A stretch of 57,330 bases of DNA from positions 1 to 57,330 of IMG/VR virus record IMGVR_UViG_3300027833_001471; one strand, given 5' to 3'. A program made the position numbers and the translations under genes. This document shows, piece after piece, positions 54,055 to 57,330 of this stretch (the stretch's first letter is position 1; each line of letters opens with the position of its first letter). Below the pieces are notes generated by a model. That model was not told the origin of the DNA, made no database searches, and saw only the letters and a list, made by a program, of their open reading frames with translations. The stretch comes from a virus. Its lineage: Duplodnaviria > Caudoviricetes.

Positions 54055-55494
54055 ATGATAGAATTAACAGTATTATCCAATCTAGTGTTCAATGATGAAT
54101 ACTATCGCCGTGTATATCCCTATATAAAATCTGAATATTTTGATGATCAAGGCGTGAAGAAAATCTTTACTGCGTATAGTGACTACGTGGATGAATACAA
54201 CTATGCACCGTCTGTCGAAGCGCTTAAGATTTGTATTGATAAGCGCAAGGATATGAATGAAGATAGTTACAAGCAAGTAATGTCTACAGTTGATAATCTA
54301 AAGCGTGACGAAGACACTAATACTGATTGGCTCGTTTCTGAAACAGAAAAGTTCTGTCAAGACAAAGACCTCTTTAATACTATTCGAAAAGCCATTCTAG
54401 TTATTGATGGTGAAGAGAAAGAAATCGACAAAGGTGCGTTGCCCCAGATGTTGACTGATAGCCTTGGCATCAGCTTTGATACCTCTATTGGTCACGACTA
54501 TCTTGAGGACTACGAAAGTCGTTATGAATTCTACCACAAGAAAGAAGAGCGTATTCCATTCGATATTGATATCTTGAATAAGATCACTAAGGGTGGTTTA
54601 CCACGCAAGTCTATGACTGTATTGTTGGCAACAACTGGTGGTGGTAAATCGTTGGTCAAATGTCATGCGGCGGCTTCTGCATTGATGATGGGCAAGAACG
54701 TTGTTTACATCACTATGGAGATGGCTGAAGAACGCATCTCAGAGCGTATTGATGCTAATATGATGGGTATCCGTGTTGATGAGATTAAAGACATGGACAA
54801 AGATACATACGCTAAACGTATGGAACGAATTACATCTAAGACAACAGGGAAACTTATTGTCAAAGAATATCCTACTGGATCAGCACATGCGGGTCACTTC
54901 CGTCATCTACTCAATGAATTAAAGATGAAGCGTAACTTTAAGCCTGACATCATTATGATCGATTACTTGAACATCTGTGCTTCATCACGCATTAAAGGTG
55001 CGGCGGCGGCAAACTCCTATACGCTAGTCAAGTCTATCGCTGAAGAAATTCGTGGTTTGGCTATGGAATTTGATTGTGCTGTAATCACATCCTCACAGTT
55101 TAATCGTGATGGGTATGGCAACTCTGATGTTGATCTTACTAACACTTCTGAGTCTATGGGTATTACTCACACTGCTGACTGTATTCTTGGTTTGATTACG
55201 GATGAAGAACTTGATAGCCTTGGACAGATTATGATCAAGCAATTGAAAAATCGTTGGGGTGATATTAGTTGGTATAGAAGGTTTGTTGTTGGTATTGATA
55301 GGGCTAAGATGTCAATCTTTGATCTGGAAGACTCAGCACAGTCTGGTATTCAACAAGGGCAGTCTACAGCAAATAATACACCAGTAAAGGCAGTTACACG
55401 CGCTGGGGTTGATGATCCAATATTCGACAAGACAACATTTAGTAATCCTAAGAATGGAAAGAAAAGCCTATTTGGCGCAGGGGGTATCACATGA
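54055..55494 (+). CDS. gp41: replicative helicase gp41 (DnaB-like)
   Basis: ATTGGGKS, TMEMAEE, KEYPTG, IDYLNI, QLKNR. Confidence 0.96.
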   Translation: MIELTVLSNLVFNDEYYRRVYPYIKSEYFDDQGVKKIFTAYSDYVDEYNYAPSVEALKICIDKRKDMNEDSYKQVMSTVDNLKRDEDTNTDWLVSETEKFCQDKDLFNTIRKAILVIDGEEKEIDKGALPQMLTDSLGISFDTSIGHDYLEDYESRYEFYHKKEERIPFDIDILNKITKGGLPRKSMTVLLATTGGGKSLVKCHAAASALMMGKNVVYITMEMAEERISERIDANMMGIRVDEIKDMDKDTYAKRMERITSKTTGKLIVKEYPTGSAHAGHFRHLLNELKMKRNFKPDIIMIDYLNICASSRIKGAAAANSYTLVKSIAEEIRGLAMEFDCAVITSSQFNRDGYGNSDVDLTNTSESMGITHTADCILGLITDEELDSLGQIMIKQLKNRWGDISWYRRFVVGIDRAKMSIFDLEDSAQSGIQQGQSTANNTPVKAVTRAGVDDPIFDKTTFSNPKNGKKSLFGAGGIT

Positions 55495-55682
55495 GCTACG
55501 TTGTAAAGCAAGTCGGTAATAAGTATCACATTCACGAAACTGAGTGGGATGTCACTATTCCACTTTATCTAACTAAAGTTAAAGCCAATCAAATGGCAAG
55601 AAAACTAAATCTTGGTTCTGGCTTTGGGGCAAGTCCTATCCCAATATTCTTCTGTGGTGAATTTAAATCAATTAACGTGTAA
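55491..55682 (+). CDS. hypothetical protein
   Basis: ATGA overlap; LNLGSGFG motif. Confidence 0.7.
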   Translation: MSYVVKQVGNKYHIHETEWDVTIPLYLTKVKANQMARKLNLGSGFGASPIPIFFCGEFKSINV

Positions 55683-55688
55683 CTTATT

Positions 55689-55892
55689 ATGAAAACAATT
55701 GTGAAAAAGATAGTGCTTACGAGAGATCGTATGTTGCTCTCCGCATTGCTGAAAGCAATGAATCGTTATATGAACCATCAACAGAAAATTAAGAAATATA
55801 TTAATCCCAAATCACAATGGTCTGGGGTTAACAAAACTGAAGAAACTCTTATGTTGCAAGTTAAGAGAGCTTTAGAAAGACGGTTGGGTTAA
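55689..55892 (+). CDS. basic hypothetical protein
   Basis: ORF track. Confidence 0.6.
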   Translation: MKTIVKKIVLTRDRMLLSALLKAMNRYMNHQQKIKKYINPKSQWSGVNKTEETLMLQVKRALERRLG

Positions 55893-56260
55893 GACGTGTA
55901 ACCAGTCTCTTTAGTCAATTTCATTATGCAATGGAAAGGTCCGTCACCAACAATTCGTATGTCTCTATTTGCATATACGTTATCTACGAAACCTGTGAAT
56001 TCCAATGAACCTGAGTTTACGAAATAGTAATGTCCGTGTGGTGCTACTCCATCCCACCTAGAAACGTCTACGTGTTTATTGACTTTACAACCCCAATGGA
56101 TTTCTTTAATCGTAACAGAAGCTGTACCTGCGTCAAACGTTTCGCCAGCAGCGATAAGATCAGCTATAGCAATATCTACTGTATCACCAGATGAGTCTGT
56201 TACGTATACTTTGATTATTGCTTCGTTATGAGATCGTTTTAGATAATGGATACTAGACAT
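55889..56260 (-). CDS. late hypothetical, possibly virion, protein
   Basis: GAGG RBS; minus-strand TATAAATA at 56281-56288. Confidence 0.7.
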   Translation of the reverse strand: MSSIHYLKRSHNEAIIKVYVTDSSGDTVDIAIADLIAAGETFDAGTASVTIKEIHWGCKVNKHVDVSRWDGVAPHGHYYFVNSGSLEFTGFVDNVYANRDIRIVGDGPFHCIMKLTKETGYTS

Positions 56261-56430
56261 TGTTAACCTCTCTTTTGTTTTATTTATAAAATGACAAACT
56301 GTCACGGTTTCCTAGAACGCAATCCGACTATGCAATCTTAGCGTATCTCATGGGGTAGTATTTTCAAAAATAGGTGCTAAATATATTTGTAAGAACAAAA
56401 GAAACACTTATTTAAAAGGATTGATTATCA

Positions 56431-56718
56431 ATGGCACACACATTATTCACCCCAAATTCCCAATCAAACGGACTGTCAATTGCGGCATACAAAGTAGTAA
56501 CATTCTTCGACAGAATTGGAGAAGCAATGGCTAAACGTAAAGTAGCAAGAGATACTTACAAATCCCTACACAAACTAACAGATAGAGAACTAAGCGACAT
56601 TGGTATCAGTCGTGGTGATATTCGCTCTATCTCAGAAGACAAATGGCACGAAAACAGTCTTCGTGACACATACCCACATAATATTCCTTCGAACCCAAAT
56701 TTAAGAGGTTCTGTATAA
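56431..56718 (+). CDS. DUF1127 (YjiS-like) protein
   Basis: LHKLTDRELSDIGISRGDI; NPNLRGSV C-terminus. Confidence 0.9.
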   Translation: MAHTLFTPNSQSNGLSIAAYKVVTFFDRIGEAMAKRKVARDTYKSLHKLTDRELSDIGISRGDIRSISEDKWHENSLRDTYPHNIPSNPNLRGSV

Positions 56719-56903
56719 TGGAATTAGCAGGTAACACACCAGTAAACTTTAACATATTTAAATTGTTAAGCAGAGTATTAGTAATAACAGGAATGTTCCT
56801 TTGGGGTATTGGTGAGTCAGCAGGTCGTGCAAGAGCGGCATCAGAATTAGCTCGTATGGGCTACCACGAAGAAGCAAAAAGATTAATGTTGGAGAGTAAA
56901 TAA
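56718..56903 (+). CDS. small Rhodobacterales-type hypothetical protein
   Basis: [22 protein letters not shown]; TAATG coupling. Confidence 0.7.
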   Translation: MELAGNTPVNFNIFKLLSRVLVITGMFLWGIGESAGRARAASELARMGYHEEAKRLMLESK

Positions 56904-57127
56904 TGTATGGTGATATAGCAACAATGGGCGCAATGATTGGCGCAGGACTAGCAACATTTGGCATGGGTGGCGCGGCTATCGGTGTTGGAATTATTGTAGG
57001 AGCGGTACTTAAAGTAATGCCTAAGAAAGCAGACACAGGCACTATGTTTGTCGGTGTTGCATTTGCAGAAGCATTAGGAATCTTTGCATTCTTAGTAGCG
57101 CTACTATTAATGTTTGCTGTTGTTTAA
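56903..57127 (+). CDS. atpE: F0 ATP synthase subunit c homolog with altered loop
   Basis: [16 protein letters not shown] helix 1; FAEALGIF with the proton-carrying Glu. Confidence 0.9.
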   Translation: MYGDIATMGAMIGAGLATFGMGGAAIGVGIIVGAVLKVMPKKADTGTMFVGVAFAEALGIFAFLVALLLMFAVV

Positions 57128-57330
57128 ATGGTAGGCGAACAGCACGTTGAGATATCAGCACAAGTGGTACAGAAGTTAGGCTTCTATATGTTTGTGGTAA
57201 TGACTTCATTATTATTAATATGTACAGCATTTGGGTTCTATGCAGTAATTCAAAAGTTTAACGAACCAAACTGGAAAGAGGTATGTATCGCAAAAGGCGG
57301 TGTACCAGTACAATTAGAAAAATCAGTCTT
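57128..57330 (+). CDS. membrane hypothetical protein (partial, runs off the window)
   Basis: Open frame from ATG 57128 with one TM. Confidence 0.55.
   Translation, partial: MVGEQHVEISAQVVQKLGFYMFVVMTSLLLICTAFGFYAVIQKFNEPNWKEVCIAKGGVPVQLEKSV

Noticed and set aside
1-57330. CRISPR array, integrase/transposase, reverse transcriptase/DGR, or stop-codon reassignment
   Set aside because: No regularly spaced repeats or such genes were seen; long genes are intact in code 11 and use TAA, TGA and TAG as stops.

Overview
A 57 kb segment of a large T4-like dsDNA myophage genome. Core genes include topoisomerase gp39+60 and gp52, gp33, gp59, gp32, UvsX, gp41 and the start of a gp3-like gene, with TATAAATA late promoters. 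The host is probably a marine alphaproteobacterium, judging from a circularly permuted tmRNA (tag ANENFAPSGFALAA), DUF1127 proteins, a Rhodobacterales-like porin and ATP synthase c subunit, and GANTC-bearing promoters. Accessory content is unusually rich: (1) a largely complete tetrapyrrole-to-bilin set (hemE-hemF-hemC, hemJ, heme oxygenase, PcyX-like reductase); (2) a late-promoter, biosynthetic-cluster-like operon (P450, flavin halogenase-like, adenylation enzyme, B12 radical SAM, Fe/2OG oxygenases, methyltransferase) facing a radical SAM/glycosyltransferase operon; (3) a CsgF/CsgG/curlin-FecR-CHASE2 adenylate cyclase module with an unannotated Cys-rich micro-ORF; (4) Mom-like, ABC-GNAT and methyltransferase DNA-modification genes; (5) three tRNAs and candidate ncRNAs; (6) two apparent classes of sigma70 promoter, one with GANTC sites and a weakened -10; (7) an AtpE lacking the F1-coupling loop motif. 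All calls come from recognising motifs by eye; no searches were run.
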